A stretch of DNA of 64,000 nt from a virus (Duplodnaviria > Heunggongvirae > Uroviricota > Caudoviricetes), in the IMG/VR virus record IMGVR_UViG_3300020045_008999, positions 256,001-320,000 of that record; one strand, given 5' to 3'. This document shows positions 1-9,643 of the stretch, one piece after another. The notes beneath the pieces are model-generated. The model worked only from the letters and a program-made list of their open reading frames with translations, did not search any database and was not told the DNA's origin. The translations under genes and the position numbers were made by a program. Numbering within the stretch: position 1 is the first letter of the stretch; every line of letters begins with the position of its first letter.

Positions 1-139
1 TCCCTTTGGCCGGTGATGATTTTCTAATTTCAGCATCATTTTCTTTTGCACGAGATGTTAGATAATCATCATTGGATGTATCAAAAAATGATGAGCTTTG
101 GCTTTCATTTAAAAATTCAACGAAATTTTTCACAATCAT
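1..139 (-). CDS. Partial (runs off window edge) late protein with capsid-targeting-like N-terminus MIVKNFVEFLNES
   Basis: Open frame from ATG at 139 to the window edge; late motif TTTATATATAC at 160-170 (- strand). Confidence 0.7.
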   Translation of the reverse strand, partial: MIVKNFVEFLNESQSSSFFDTSNDDYLTSRAKENDAEIRKSSPAKG

Positions 140-228
140 TATAAGTATTTTTATTTATGGTATATATAAATTTAAAAAAATAATATTGTACATATTGTTT
201 CGTTAATGATTGGAAATTAAAAGCTAAA

Positions 229-2088
229 TTATTTCATAATAGCCTCTTTGCGTAGATCTGATTCATCACCGAACCAAACGTTCAAACTATCACTAGAAAG
301 ATTATCTGTGGTAATCATAGTCAGTTTGGGATTTTTAATAATTTCAGCATATTCATCATCTACTAATGCTGCCAGACCTTTTTTATACTTTATCTCCCAG
401 TCTTTAAGGTTTTTGCCCTTTTCCCACTTAGCATATTCTTGATTGGTGTATAAAGATGTTTTATTTTTTGTTTTAATATTTTTCACAACTATAACCGGGG
501 TTTCAACCTTATAAATCATATTATATTCAAATAATTCGGGCCAGAATTTATAAAAGAAATTTAATAATAGTCCGGCGATCGCACTACCATCCTTATCAGA
601 ATCCACGTATAATAAAATACTACCATATCTCATTTTTTCCTTCACTGCACGTTGTCCAAACTTCAAACCCATCGCGGCCATCACATTAACCGCTTCGGCA
701 TTTTTACTCAATTTTTGAATACTTATATCCATACAGTTGATGAACTTCCCACGTAACGCAAATGCGCCCATGTTTTCATCCCGATGTGTTCTGAAATTAC
801 CGATTGCTGAATCACCTTCATATAGACCTAATGAACATTTCCAGCGATTTGTTCCTTTTGCGTCAATCAATTTATCAACCTTTAAGTTAGAAACGGTCTT
901 ATTTAATTCGCGGGCCAATTTATTATCATCTGCCAATTTCTTCTGATCAATCCAATCTAAGATAGATGCCACTATTTCAGATTTCAGTATAGATTGTATC
1001 ATTTTAGGACTAACTTCAAATGTTGTTCCAAAATCACGTACCTCGGTTATCAACTTTTCCTTTGTCTGAGATGAAAATGTAGAATTCACAATAGTAGTAT
1101 CTAAAAATAAAGTTATATGACTTTTGATCTCAGATGGCTTGATATCAACTTTATGTTTTTTGATGAAAAATTCTCTTAATTGGTCAACAATTTGCTTCAT
1201 AATATAATCAACATGAGTCCCACCATCATATGTATCGGTCGAATTAGCAAAACTTATTTGCTGAAACCCATTATCCGACCTACCAACACCAATAGACCAC
1301 GTTTTCGACTTATTAGTTTCATAGAAATATTCACTGGTATATAGTTTAACATAATCTTCAAATGAGTTTATATTAACCAACACACCATTGTAATATATTT
1401 TCAAATTTGGGTTACATCCAGCCAAATCATAAATGCGTTTTTCGATCATTTTACAGTGATTATCATCGATTCCTTTCATACCAAACCTCTCATAATCTGG
1501 CAAAAATGTGATCTCTGTATGTTTCTTAGTAGATTTAATTACTTTGGCGGTAGTTCTCGCGGACATATTATTCGAAAAAGTCTGTGAGAATTTATTTATC
1601 CCATCACAGGTTGATAAGATAAATTCCTTTGAAAATATATTAGTAATTGAGCTACCAACACCATTTGTACCAGCTAATACACGGTCTTCGTCATCATTGA
1701 AGTTACTACCAGCTTTCATATTAGAAAAAATCATTTCCGGTATCCACTCATTATATTCCTTATGTTTCAAAACTGGAATTCCACCATTGTCAAATATCTT
1801 AATTTTATCATTAACAATATCAACTTTTATTATATTAAGTTTAGAACCCACACGTTTACTTTCATCTACAGAATTTGTGATAATTTCATCGAAAATTTTC
1901 ATAAACCCGGGATTGTATTCAACTTCCTGTTTTGTCATCCTATTATCAGCTAATATCCATTTCAATGCCTTATGTGGTTTTACTGATCCAATATACATCG
2001 ACGGGCGATGTAATACGTGTTGTTCATCAGATAGTTTCTTATACTTATCCTCTATTGTCTTGTCTATTTTCTTAGCCATTTGTCTCAA
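229..2088 (-). CDS. DNA topoisomerase II large subunit (GHKL ATPase + TOPRIM; T4 gp39+gp60 equivalent)
   Basis: RPSMYIGS, EIITNSVDE, DNGGIP, GTNGVG GHKL motifs; EGDSA, LRGK, DSDKDG, YKKGLA TOPRIM motifs; probable true start ATG 2079. Confidence 0.96.
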   Translation of the reverse strand: MRQMAKKIDKTIEDKYKKLSDEQHVLHRPSMYIGSVKPHKALKWILADNRMTKQEVEYNPGFMKIFDEIITNSVDESKRVGSKLNIIKVDIVNDKIKIFDNGGIPVLKHKEYNEWIPEMIFSNMKAGSNFNDDEDRVLAGTNGVGSSITNIFSKEFILSTCDGINKFSQTFSNNMSARTTAKVIKSTKKHTEITFLPDYERFGMKGIDDNHCKMIEKRIYDLAGCNPNLKIYYNGVLVNINSFEDYVKLYTSEYFYETNKSKTWSIGVGRSDNGFQQISFANSTDTYDGGTHVDYIMKQIVDQLREFFIKKHKVDIKPSEIKSHITLFLDTTIVNSTFSSQTKEKLITEVRDFGTTFEVSPKMIQSILKSEIVASILDWIDQKKLADDNKLARELNKTVSNLKVDKLIDAKGTNRWKCSLGLYEGDSAIGNFRTHRDENMGAFALRGKFINCMDISIQKLSKNAEAVNVMAAMGLKFGQRAVKEKMRYGSILLYVDSDKDGSAIAGLLLNFFYKFWPELFEYNMIYKVETPVIVVKNIKTKNKTSLYTNQEYAKWEKGKNLKDWEIKYKKGLAALVDDEYAEIIKNPKLTMITTDNLSSDSLNVWFGDESDLRKEAIMK

Positions 2089-2100
2089 TTATTTATAATA

Positions 2101-2174
2101 TTTATACCTAAAAACGTTTGAATTGTTTAAATAAAAATTTTTAATTAAACAATATCTAAATTATACACTATATA
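2101..2174. promoter_or_regulatory. Back-to-back AAAC-N18-TATA promoters driving the two topoisomerase subunits
   Basis: + strand AAAC 2147-2150, 18 nt, TATATA 2169-2174; - strand AAAC 2128-2125, 18 nt, TATAAA 2106-2101. Confidence 0.65.
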
Positions 2175-2187
2175 GTATAATAAAAAC

Positions 2188-3561
2188 TTGATTAATTTGA
2201 AACCAACAAAGAAAACAATTAATGAATTTCTTTCCACTGAATATAAGGAATTCGCACTTTACGTCATTGAAAACAGAGCAATCCCAAGTTATATCGACGG
2301 ATTTAAACCTGTGCACCGTAAAGTTGCACATGTGTCATCACATGTTTGGAAGACTGGAAATGAGAAAACGATTAAGATATACCAATTATCAGGGAAAGTA
2401 TCTGCCGATGTGCAGTACCATCACGGCGACTCAAGTCTTAACTCGGCCATTATTAATATGGCTCAGAAATTTAAAAACAATCTTCCATTAATGATGGATG
2501 AGGGACAATTCGGTACACTTAGATCACCACAACCAGGGGCCGCGAGATACATCGGAACTAAATTAAATTCCATATTTAGATATATTTATTTGGATGATAA
2601 TTTATTAGAATATAATGAAGAAGAGGGCGAGGTAATCGAACCGAAATATTTTCTTCCTATTATTCCGATGGTCCTCATTAATGGATCATCTGGTATTGCG
2701 GTGGGATTTGCTTCCAATATTTTAAACAGAGATCCAAATGATATCATTTTAGCATGTGAGAGTATCATCAAAGGTAAAAAAATTAAATCGGTAGCACCGA
2801 GGATTCCTAGTTTTAGCGGAACATGCATTCAAGATATTGACAATCACAAAAAATGGAATTTATTAGGTGCATTCAAACGTGTAAATACAACTACAATACA
2901 GATAACTGAATTACCGCCATCTATGACATTTGAGAAATATGAAAATATTTTGGAAAAATTGGTAGAAAATAAAACTATTGTTTCATACAACGATAAATGT
3001 GCGAGTGATATTAATTACGTGATAAAATTCACCCGCTCTAACTTAGATAAATTAACCGATGATAAGATTATAAAATTATTTTCACTCAGCGAATCACAAA
3101 CTGAAAATTTCAACACATTGGATGAAAATGGACAATTGAAAATTTTTCAAAGTGATATTGAAATTATAAAAGAATTTACCATTTTCCGATTATCATATTA
3201 TCAAAAACGTAAAGATGCTATTGTTGCAAAATTAGAACGGGAAAATTTAATATTAAATAATCGTCTAATTTTCGTAAAAGCAATTATTGATAATAAAATC
3301 GAAATCAAAAATAAATCAAAGGAAATTATTAATAAATTAATCACCGGGTTGAAAGTTGATCAAATTGATGGATCATATGATTACTTGCTCAGGATGCCTA
3401 TGTATTCAATCACCAAAGAGTATTATGAGAAAATGAAACTAGATATAAAGGACAAAGAAAATGAAATAATAGAAGTTGGTAAGAAAAATGTATCCGATAT
3501 GTATTTAGAAGATTTAATAACCCTGAAAAAGGAAATCAAAAAAATGGAAAAGATAGTATAA
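2188..3561 (+). CDS. DNA topoisomerase II medium subunit (GyrA/ParC-like, T4 gp52 equivalent)
   Basis: RAIPSYIDGFKPVHRK, YHHGD, active-site AARYI, EPKYFLPIIPMVLINGSSGIAVGF, ITELP. Confidence 0.96.
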   Translation: MINLKPTKKTINEFLSTEYKEFALYVIENRAIPSYIDGFKPVHRKVAHVSSHVWKTGNEKTIKIYQLSGKVSADVQYHHGDSSLNSAIINMAQKFKNNLPLMMDEGQFGTLRSPQPGAARYIGTKLNSIFRYIYLDDNLLEYNEEEGEVIEPKYFLPIIPMVLINGSSGIAVGFASNILNRDPNDIILACESIIKGKKIKSVAPRIPSFSGTCIQDIDNHKKWNLLGAFKRVNTTTIQITELPPSMTFEKYENILEKLVENKTIVSYNDKCASDINYVIKFTRSNLDKLTDDKIIKLFSLSESQTENFNTLDENGQLKIFQSDIEIIKEFTIFRLSYYQKRKDAIVAKLERENLILNNRLIFVKAIIDNKIEIKNKSKEIINKLITGLKVDQIDGSYDYLLRMPMYSITKEYYEKMKLDIKDKENEIIEVGKKNVSDMYLEDLITLKKEIKKMEKIV

Positions 3562-3596
3562 AAAATGCCCAGTTTCAATGAACTGGGCATTTTTTT
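3560..3596. terminator. Bidirectional intrinsic terminator
   Basis: A6-TGCCCAGTT...AACTGGGCA-T7 between convergent genes. Confidence 0.9.
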
Positions 3597-4269
3597 AAAA
3601 ATCTATTTCATTCATAATATCCATCATTATTTTATTACGGCGTTCATTTTCTACTTCATATGCTGCTTCGCCAAGTAATTTCATTTCAATTAAGTTTTGG
3701 TGATCGTGATTTTTCTCACTGGGTCTTCGCCAAGCTAAAAAATCTAGCTCCGCTCGCACAGATGAACGATCCATTTTTTCGGACCAGGTCAATTCCACTC
3801 GATTGTCCTTCAGGTTTTTATCACTTCTACTAATCGCATGTCTATTATAAAAACGATTTCGAATTTGAAGTTGTTTTTGATATCCTAACCACTGCTCACC
3901 AGATTCATTTATCTCAGCTAATATCAAATCAAGAACATTTGGTAAAAGTTTGATGGTACCTTTTGATGGTAAATTATCAGACATATTTTCTATAAATGTT
4001 GCTTGGTAATTGTTTTCTTTTTTGAATTGAATGAATTCAAATTTATAATCATTGCCATACAATCCACATTCAACCTTATCAAGTATTACATTGATGACAA
4101 TATGATCAACATCATAAAAGCTATTTAGACTACGATCAATATAGGTACATAAAATATCACCATTTTCATTTTCACCGACTTTAACCGCTTTTTTTAAATA
4201 AACAAGATGTGTAGATTCAAAGTGGTATTTTGTACATATTTCTGTTAAAATGTTACTAGTCTTTGACAT
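3595..4269 (-). CDS. Hypothetical early protein
   Basis: 224-aa ORF; TATATTTG box at 4304-4297 upstream. Confidence 0.75.
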   Translation of the reverse strand: MSKTSNILTEICTKYHFESTHLVYLKKAVKVGENENGDILCTYIDRSLNSFYDVDHIVINVILDKVECGLYGNDYKFEFIQFKKENNYQATFIENMSDNLPSKGTIKLLPNVLDLILAEINESGEQWLGYQKQLQIRNRFYNRHAISRSDKNLKDNRVELTWSEKMDRSSVRAELDFLAWRRPSEKNHDHQNLIEMKLLGEAAYEVENERRNKIMMDIMNEIDF

Positions 4270-4296
4270 AAAAATTTTTATTAGATTATTACCTTA

Positions 4297-4403
4297 CAAA
4301 TATAAGGAAAAAATTATCCATTTTCCTATTTTCCCCGTAGTATTTTCATTCATCAAAAAGTATATAAAAAATGCATTATTATACAAATAAATATGTATAT
4401 TTG
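4297..4403. promoter_or_regulatory. Divergent pair of Bacteroidota sigma-A-type -7 boxes (TAnnTTTG)
   Basis: TATATTTG on - strand 4304-4297 and + strand 4396-4403, each about 30 nt before a start codon. Confidence 0.7.
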
Positions 4404-4434
4404 CATCTAAACTTATAATTAACTACATATTTTT

Positions 4435-5004
4435 ATGGAAAAATTAACCAAAGGTGTCAAGCTTATTTTATTGATAAATATTGCTGCTTTTATTTTTAGT
4501 TCGATATTCTCACAGTTCACCGCTGATTATTTAGCGTTGCATATTTATAGTAGTCCAAAATTTTATTTATGGGAATTCATCACTTCACTTTTTATACATG
4601 GTGGTTTAATTCATTTATTATTTAATATGATGACTTTAGTATTCTTAGGCCCATATGTTGAAAAATATTATGGTACAACACGTTTTTATATAATTTATAT
4701 CATCATGGGTATTATAGCGGGCCTATTACAAATATCATTGATGTCAATTGACATTCCACTTGTTGGGGCATCCGGATCATTATTTGGCGTACTTACATTA
4801 TATGTAATACAAAATTACAATACTAAAATGTTTTTAATGTTCATACCGATCGGTATCAAAGCCAAATATATACTAATTGGTTTAATTGCGATTGAACTCT
4901 ATTCAGCATTCTTTGTTTCTGATAACGTTGGACATTTTGCACATTTAGGTGGGGCAGCATCTGGTTTATTAATACATAAATATTATCATGGTGTACGTAA
5001 TTAA
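4435..5004 (+). CDS. Rhomboid family intramembrane serine protease
   Basis: Multiple TM helices, HLLFNM, catalytic GASG and HLGG motifs. Confidence 0.95.
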   Translation: MEKLTKGVKLILLINIAAFIFSSIFSQFTADYLALHIYSSPKFYLWEFITSLFIHGGLIHLLFNMMTLVFLGPYVEKYYGTTRFYIIYIIMGIIAGLLQISLMSIDIPLVGASGSLFGVLTLYVIQNYNTKMFLMFIPIGIKAKYILIGLIAIELYSAFFVSDNVGHFAHLGGAASGLLIHKYYHGVRN

Positions 5005-5335
5005 TCGATTAAGTACCCGATCAATAGCTATAAAATGTACCATACCTTTAGTTTTTACGGATGATTACAGTGTTGGTATGGTTAATCATTCAATTATATT
5101 TCGCTTGAATGATGACAATAATGTTTATTACATGAAGCACAAATCAAGTGATAAGTTACTCAATTTAGCTTCTGGTAAATATGGATTGCGAAAACATCAT
5201 ATGTATTATGATTATACCCATGTGGTTATTGATGCTATGGAATTTGTAATACCATGTAGAATCATAAGTATACCAAGCATAAAGGCCAGAAGACGAATAG
5301 TAATTAAACATTTATTGGATGATGGAAAGGATTAA
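4988..5335 (+). CDS. Hypothetical protein with C-terminal RxxxIxxLL motif
   Basis: Coupled ORF; ends RRIVIKHLLDDGKD. Confidence 0.7.
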   Translation: MVYVINRLSTRSIAIKCTIPLVFTDDYSVGMVNHSIIFRLNDDNNVYYMKHKSSDKLLNLASGKYGLRKHHMYYDYTHVVIDAMEFVIPCRIISIPSIKARRRIVIKHLLDDGKD

Positions 5336-5651
5336 CGCGGATCAGTATTCTGCATTAGTGTCATTTCCGATAGAAATAGAGGCCGGTGTTGTGATTGGTT
5401 TTATCACAAAGACTATCGAATTCAATAAAGATAACTATGGTGAATACCACGTAACATTTAATGATTTTCACTTATTGCGTGAAAGTATATCTGATGATTT
5501 CAATATACCATATGAACATATCGGGTTTAATGTTAAAGAAGTATACGATGATGTGGAACAAATAAAATATAATGATATTGCCAATGCTTATTATTTTGAA
5601 ATCCCGAAAGCGGTATTACGGAATTATAAAATAAAAATACTTTTAGAATAA
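5319..5651 (+). CDS. Hypothetical protein with C-terminal RxxxIxxLL motif
   Basis: Coupled ORF; ends RNYKIKILLE. Confidence 0.7.
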   Translation: MMERINADQYSALVSFPIEIEAGVVIGFITKTIEFNKDNYGEYHVTFNDFHLLRESISDDFNIPYEHIGFNVKEVYDDVEQIKYNDIANAYYFEIPKAVLRNYKIKILLE

Positions 5652-5674
5652 ATATGGATCATAATATCATAAAT

Positions 5675-5708
5675 AAAAAAGGCACTCGAATTTCCAAGTG
5701 CCTTTTTT
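5675..5708. terminator. Bidirectional intrinsic terminator
   Basis: A6-GGCACT...AGTGCC-T6. Confidence 0.85.
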
Positions 5709-5709
5709 A

Positions 5710-6630
5710 TTATTTTTTTTCACGGTGATATTGCCAAGGAATTCCTTTTTCATAATCAGCAATTGCATTATCGATCAGTGTTTGTGTATCAATTAGTAAT
5801 AGTTGTGCTTCCTTTTCCAAAACATTACTAAGTCTACTTTCTAGATCAACTTTATATTGGTCCAATTCTTTACGTTCCTTTTGATTACTATATTCAACTT
5901 CAATGATCTTTGTATTGTGATTAGCATTTTCTAACTCAGCTGTTCTTACTTTATCTTCACGTTCCATTACTGCCTCGAGTCTTTTATTAATATCATTTAT
6001 GGTGGTGAGCATTTCTTCTTCAATTTCTTTATTATTTACAAAATTTGATTCTGTGGACTTAGCCAATCTCACTTCTAATGTTTTAATAGTTTGTTGTGAT
6101 TGTTCAATAACACCATTTAACGCTTCTATATCAGCAGACATAGAAGATACTTCGGTCATCAATGCTTCTATTCTTAGGATGTGTTTTTTATCATCGATTG
6201 ATTTCAAAGCCGTATTGCGTTCCATTGTATTATTGAAGTCAAGTTCTAAATGTGATAGTTTATCAATCGATTTATTGTACTCTAATTTCAAAGCGGCCAA
6301 TTCATTTTCCAATAAAATAACTTCCTTGGAATTACTATTTTGATTTAAATTATCCGATTTAAAATGTTCTTCGATGTAGGGTAGAATTTTTTTAGCGACC
6401 ACACTTGGTTGCGCGATCTTATTGGTTTTTAAAAAAAGAATGAAATCAGTTTTAAAATCAATAAATTGAAAATAATCTGGATTGTTTTCTACTACTATTG
6501 GATCCATCTTGACGCTGCCATCCTTCCCTACATATTTGTAGTCAATAATAAATGCCTTAGCTTTTAATATGACTATTTTTTTATCATCAGTTGTTAATTG
6601 AAAATCTTTTAAAATTTTATATTTTGACAT
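5710..6630 (-). CDS. Coiled-coil late protein
   Basis: Heptad-rich C-terminal two thirds; late motif at about 6651-6662 (-). Confidence 0.8.
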   Translation of the reverse strand: MSKYKILKDFQLTTDDKKIVILKAKAFIIDYKYVGKDGSVKMDPIVVENNPDYFQFIDFKTDFILFLKTNKIAQPSVVAKKILPYIEEHFKSDNLNQNSNSKEVILLENELAALKLEYNKSIDKLSHLELDFNNTMERNTALKSIDDKKHILRIEALMTEVSSMSADIEALNGVIEQSQQTIKTLEVRLAKSTESNFVNNKEIEEEMLTTINDINKRLEAVMEREDKVRTAELENANHNTKIIEVEYSNQKERKELDQYKVDLESRLSNVLEKEAQLLLIDTQTLIDNAIADYEKGIPWQYHREKK

Positions 6631-6674
6631 GAGTGTATAATATTTATCTCTTATATATAAAAATTCTTGCTTAG

Positions 6675-7172
6675 TTGGGTTTTTTTGATTATTTTTGTTT
6701 AAATTATTTTTATATGGATAAAGTTAATTGTGTTTACCGACTTGGTTTATTTTTCAGTGAATATGTAGGAATGGATAATATTAAATTTCATTCACCAGAT
6801 TACCTATATGAAAAAATGGAAGTATTATTTAACATACCAGAGATGATATTAACACCATATGAACACGAATGGGGTTGTCATGAATTTATTATTAAATACG
6901 AAGGCACATGGGGGCCTATTACTGATACCTGTATTACTCGATTTATACTTTTTATATTCCATGCACGTGCACCTACTAGTGCAGAGAATTATATCAACAA
7001 CTTCGAAAAGTTTATATGTCCAATTCAAGATATAGTTTTAACTAATAACTATTTCCCAATGCATTTCAAAACTCTCAATTCTATTAATGAAATAATAGAA
7101 TTGTTAGAAAGATCTTCTGCCCACAAAAATATTATCCGATCATTATCAATAAAAAAACTTTTATCAAAATAA
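6675..7172 (+). CDS. Hypothetical protein with C-terminal RxxxIxxLL motif (probable start ATG 6714)
   Basis: ORF ends RSLSIKKLLSK. Confidence 0.7.
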   Translation: MGFFDYFCLNYFYMDKVNCVYRLGLFFSEYVGMDNIKFHSPDYLYEKMEVLFNIPEMILTPYEHEWGCHEFIIKYEGTWGPITDTCITRFILFIFHARAPTSAENYINNFEKFICPIQDIVLTNNYFPMHFKTLNSINEIIELLERSSAHKNIIRSLSIKKLLSK

Positions 7173-7466
7173 TTCGCTGGCTTGCTTAGTGGCTGATTAA
7201 AGACTAAAAATAACCAACACATACTAATCATTAAATTAAGAAAATACAAATGAATCAAGAAAATACAAATGAGCCATTAAGCAAGACTGCTGTTATAAGT
7301 CGGTTTTTATACGAAATGGCTGAAAAACATAATATTTCGGTAGATGGTATAGTAATAGGAATTGAAGAAATACATCCTAAAAGAGTTGATGGTAAAGTGA
7401 AATTACAGGTTATGAATTTAGATTTTCATAATTTAGAAGAGTTTTTGACTGAAAATGGCTTATGAA
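7173..7466 (-). mobile_element. Integron-cassette-like insertion 1 (attC-like hairpin 7171-7298 plus one ORF; slightly decayed)
   Basis: Arms CTTGCTTAGTGGCT (7181-7194) and AGCCATTAAGCAAG (7272-7285); GTTATAAG at 7292; near-complementary GGCTTATGAAC at 7457-7467. Confidence 0.65.
7250..7465 (+). CDS. Cassette-borne hypothetical protein
   Basis: ATG inside the hairpin loop; residues EPLSKTAVISR encoded by the right arm and GTT site. Confidence 0.75.
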   Translation: MNQENTNEPLSKTAVISRFLYEMAEKHNISVDGIVIGIEEIHPKRVDGKVKLQVMNLDFHNLEEFLTENGL

Positions 7467-7480
7467 CATACCAATTATCA

Positions 7481-7849
7481 ATGAGTAACGAAAATTCCAA
7501 ATACGAGGCACTTATGCCGATTTTAAAAGAAATTGATGCATTTGTTAATTTAATTGACAATTGGGATGGTTATGGTGCCATACCATTATTATCAGTGGTT
7601 CGTGATAATGCAATAATAGTGTTGAAATATTTCACCATACCACCCAGTGATTATTACCCAAATCCCCAGGGTACTATATCTATAAAATACGATTGTGATA
7701 TTCACCAACTGAATTTAGAAATTGGTACTACTCAATTCACATATTACACAACATTCAATGGTGTTCTACAAGAGAATGGAAGTTATCTGGATATTACCGA
7801 AATAAATTTAATGTGTTTAAAACTGCTAGTTCCTAATTTATTTTTATAG
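7481..7849 (+). CDS. Hypothetical protein (NWDGYGA motif)
   Basis: 122-aa ORF containing LIDNWDGYGAIP, a motif I recall from phage hypotheticals. Confidence 0.75.
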   Translation: MSNENSKYEALMPILKEIDAFVNLIDNWDGYGAIPLLSVVRDNAIIVLKYFTIPPSDYYPNPQGTISIKYDCDIHQLNLEIGTTQFTYYTTFNGVLQENGSYLDITEINLMCLKLLVPNLFL

Positions 7850-7860
7850 TTAGTAAAATA

Positions 7861-7893
7861 AAAAAAAGGCGTGAAATATTTCACGCCTTTTTT
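7861..7893. terminator. Bidirectional intrinsic terminator
   Basis: A7-GGCGTGAAATATTTCACGCC-T6 palindrome. Confidence 0.9.
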
Positions 7894-7914
7894 GTTTATA
7901 CTAATATAACACTA

Positions 7915-9309
7915 TTAAAATAAATTTTTAATTCTTTTGAACATGTTCACAAACCAATTATCGTTACTTGGTTTGATTTTACCTGGTTCGGAATTTTTAG
8001 GCAAAGTGATCATATCCAATATTTGTTTAGTAGTATCATCGCCATTACTTGGTTCGGGTGTAGAATCTAATCTAGATTTAGTGTTATATGAATTTGACCC
8101 CGCTTTCTGTTCAAATTCACTATCTTGTGAATATCCTAACTTAAGCATTTCAGAAACTAAAGCATGCCATTGCATTTCACCAGTGTAAATAAATTTACCA
8201 TCACTGAATATAGTTCCTAATGGTAGTGGTAATTTTGAATCATTTGCTTCTGATAACATATCACCATTAGCATCACCTATAGTAATAATATATTTACCAT
8301 TTTCAAATAATGAAACAAATGCATCACCATTAATACCCTTTATACCTGATACTTTATTTCTTATGGCAGCAATTACTTCCGGCTCAAACTGATACCCAGC
8401 GTCGGAATCTGTTATTGATTCAGAGACACTAAATAACATGCCATTTTTTTCAGGCGCAACCGCCATTTTATCAATTCGTAATTGTAAGTCGTCAATTTCC
8501 ACTTGTGCTTTTCTAATGCGTTCCGTAGCATTTTCTTGTTCTTGTTTCTTACGCTCTTGCATTTTCTTCAACTCAGCGGTAACTTGTTCATTTGTTTGCA
8601 ATATTGCTTGACCTAATTCATCACGGTGAATTACACCAGCATCAATTAATTCTTCTCTGGTTACTTTCAGATGATTTACAGAAGATTTTTGAGTTTGATC
8701 CACACCAGGGTTTGTTTCATCTGTAGTCACTTCATCTACATTTTCTGCCAATACCGGGGCTGTGCCCAGCGGCTTAGTATCTCTAACAATATCACCCAAT
8801 AAATCATTAATCGTTGCTAATGTCGCTGGTGATACTTCAACCGGATCAGTGTTGCCATATAATATATCTGATAATTTATCGATTGGTCTTTTTACGGACG
8901 AAAGTAAAATTAATGGTAAAAATTTATTTGTTATTTTACATTCAACTGTAGAAGTAAACTCAAAATCTGATGGATCGTACATCCCACCCAATTTACCAAT
9001 TTTAAGTTCAGCATCATAAAACTTTTCTAGAAGTCTTCCACGCATTGATTCATCGGTTTCACAAGTATCAACCTCTTCGAAATCAATAGTTTCATCATCA
9101 CGTATAGTAATTTTGAATATTAAGTGATCCAACATGCCTGACAGAAATCCACCCTTGATAAATGCTTCATCACTATTGATTTTTACATTTCCTCGAATTG
9201 TAGAAAATCCGATCACACCCGGCATCTTATACTTACCTAAAATTAGTGGTTTTGTTTCAACTGTGATGTTTTCATCTGTTATTTCTTCACTGTTATTATT
9301 TTCGGACAT
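7915..9309 (-). CDS. Hypothetical early protein with central coiled coil and amphipathic C-terminal helix
   Basis: 464 aa; ends NWFVNMFKRIKNLF; TATATTTG at 9349-9342. Confidence 0.8.
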   Translation of the reverse strand: MSENNNSEEITDENITVETKPLILGKYKMPGVIGFSTIRGNVKINSDEAFIKGGFLSGMLDHLIFKITIRDDETIDFEEVDTCETDESMRGRLLEKFYDAELKIGKLGGMYDPSDFEFTSTVECKITNKFLPLILLSSVKRPIDKLSDILYGNTDPVEVSPATLATINDLLGDIVRDTKPLGTAPVLAENVDEVTTDETNPGVDQTQKSSVNHLKVTREELIDAGVIHRDELGQAILQTNEQVTAELKKMQERKKQEQENATERIRKAQVEIDDLQLRIDKMAVAPEKNGMLFSVSESITDSDAGYQFEPEVIAAIRNKVSGIKGINGDAFVSLFENGKYIITIGDANGDMLSEANDSKLPLPLGTIFSDGKFIYTGEMQWHALVSEMLKLGYSQDSEFEQKAGSNSYNTKSRLDSTPEPSNGDDTTKQILDMITLPKNSEPGKIKPSNDNWFVNMFKRIKNLF

Positions 9310-9425
9310 AGTTTATAAATTAATTAAAGTTATTTTGTTTACAAATATATAAAAAAGTACGGATATTTGAATCAAAAATAATAATTATTTTTAAAAAGAT
9401 AGTGTGATTTTTTTATATATACCAT

Positions 9426-9641
9426 ATGGGAAATGATATTAAAAAATTTGAACAATTCATAACAGAGTCTAATAATGTGTCTAGCGATATATTTGACTTC
9501 ATATCTGAGCATGGATTTGATGTAACTCGTGATTATGTCACTAAGGAAGAAGCGGAAAATATCTTAATAGATATTAGTGATTTGGTAGATGATGAGAAAT
9601 ATCACTGGACCGAAATTGAACTTAAAAAAATAACAAAATAA
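9426..9641 (+). CDS. Small late protein with capsid-targeting-like N-terminus
   Basis: MGNDIKKFEQFITES; late motif TTTATATATAC 9412-9422. Confidence 0.75.
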   Translation: MGNDIKKFEQFITESNNVSSDIFDFISEHGFDVTRDYVTKEEAENILIDISDLVDDEKYHWTEIELKKITK

Positions 9642-9643
9642 TA

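Noticed and set aside
1508-2098. Long antisense ORFs (also 20501-21070, 59823-60563 and many within the tail fibre)
   Set aside because: Shadows of well-supported genes on the opposite strand; no promoter or motif support
7238-7273. Direct repeat AAGAAAATACAAATGA x2 as possible target-site duplication
   Set aside because: Lies inside the cassette 1 hairpin loop with only 4 nt between copies; a local tandem duplication giving two ATGs, not an insertion boundary
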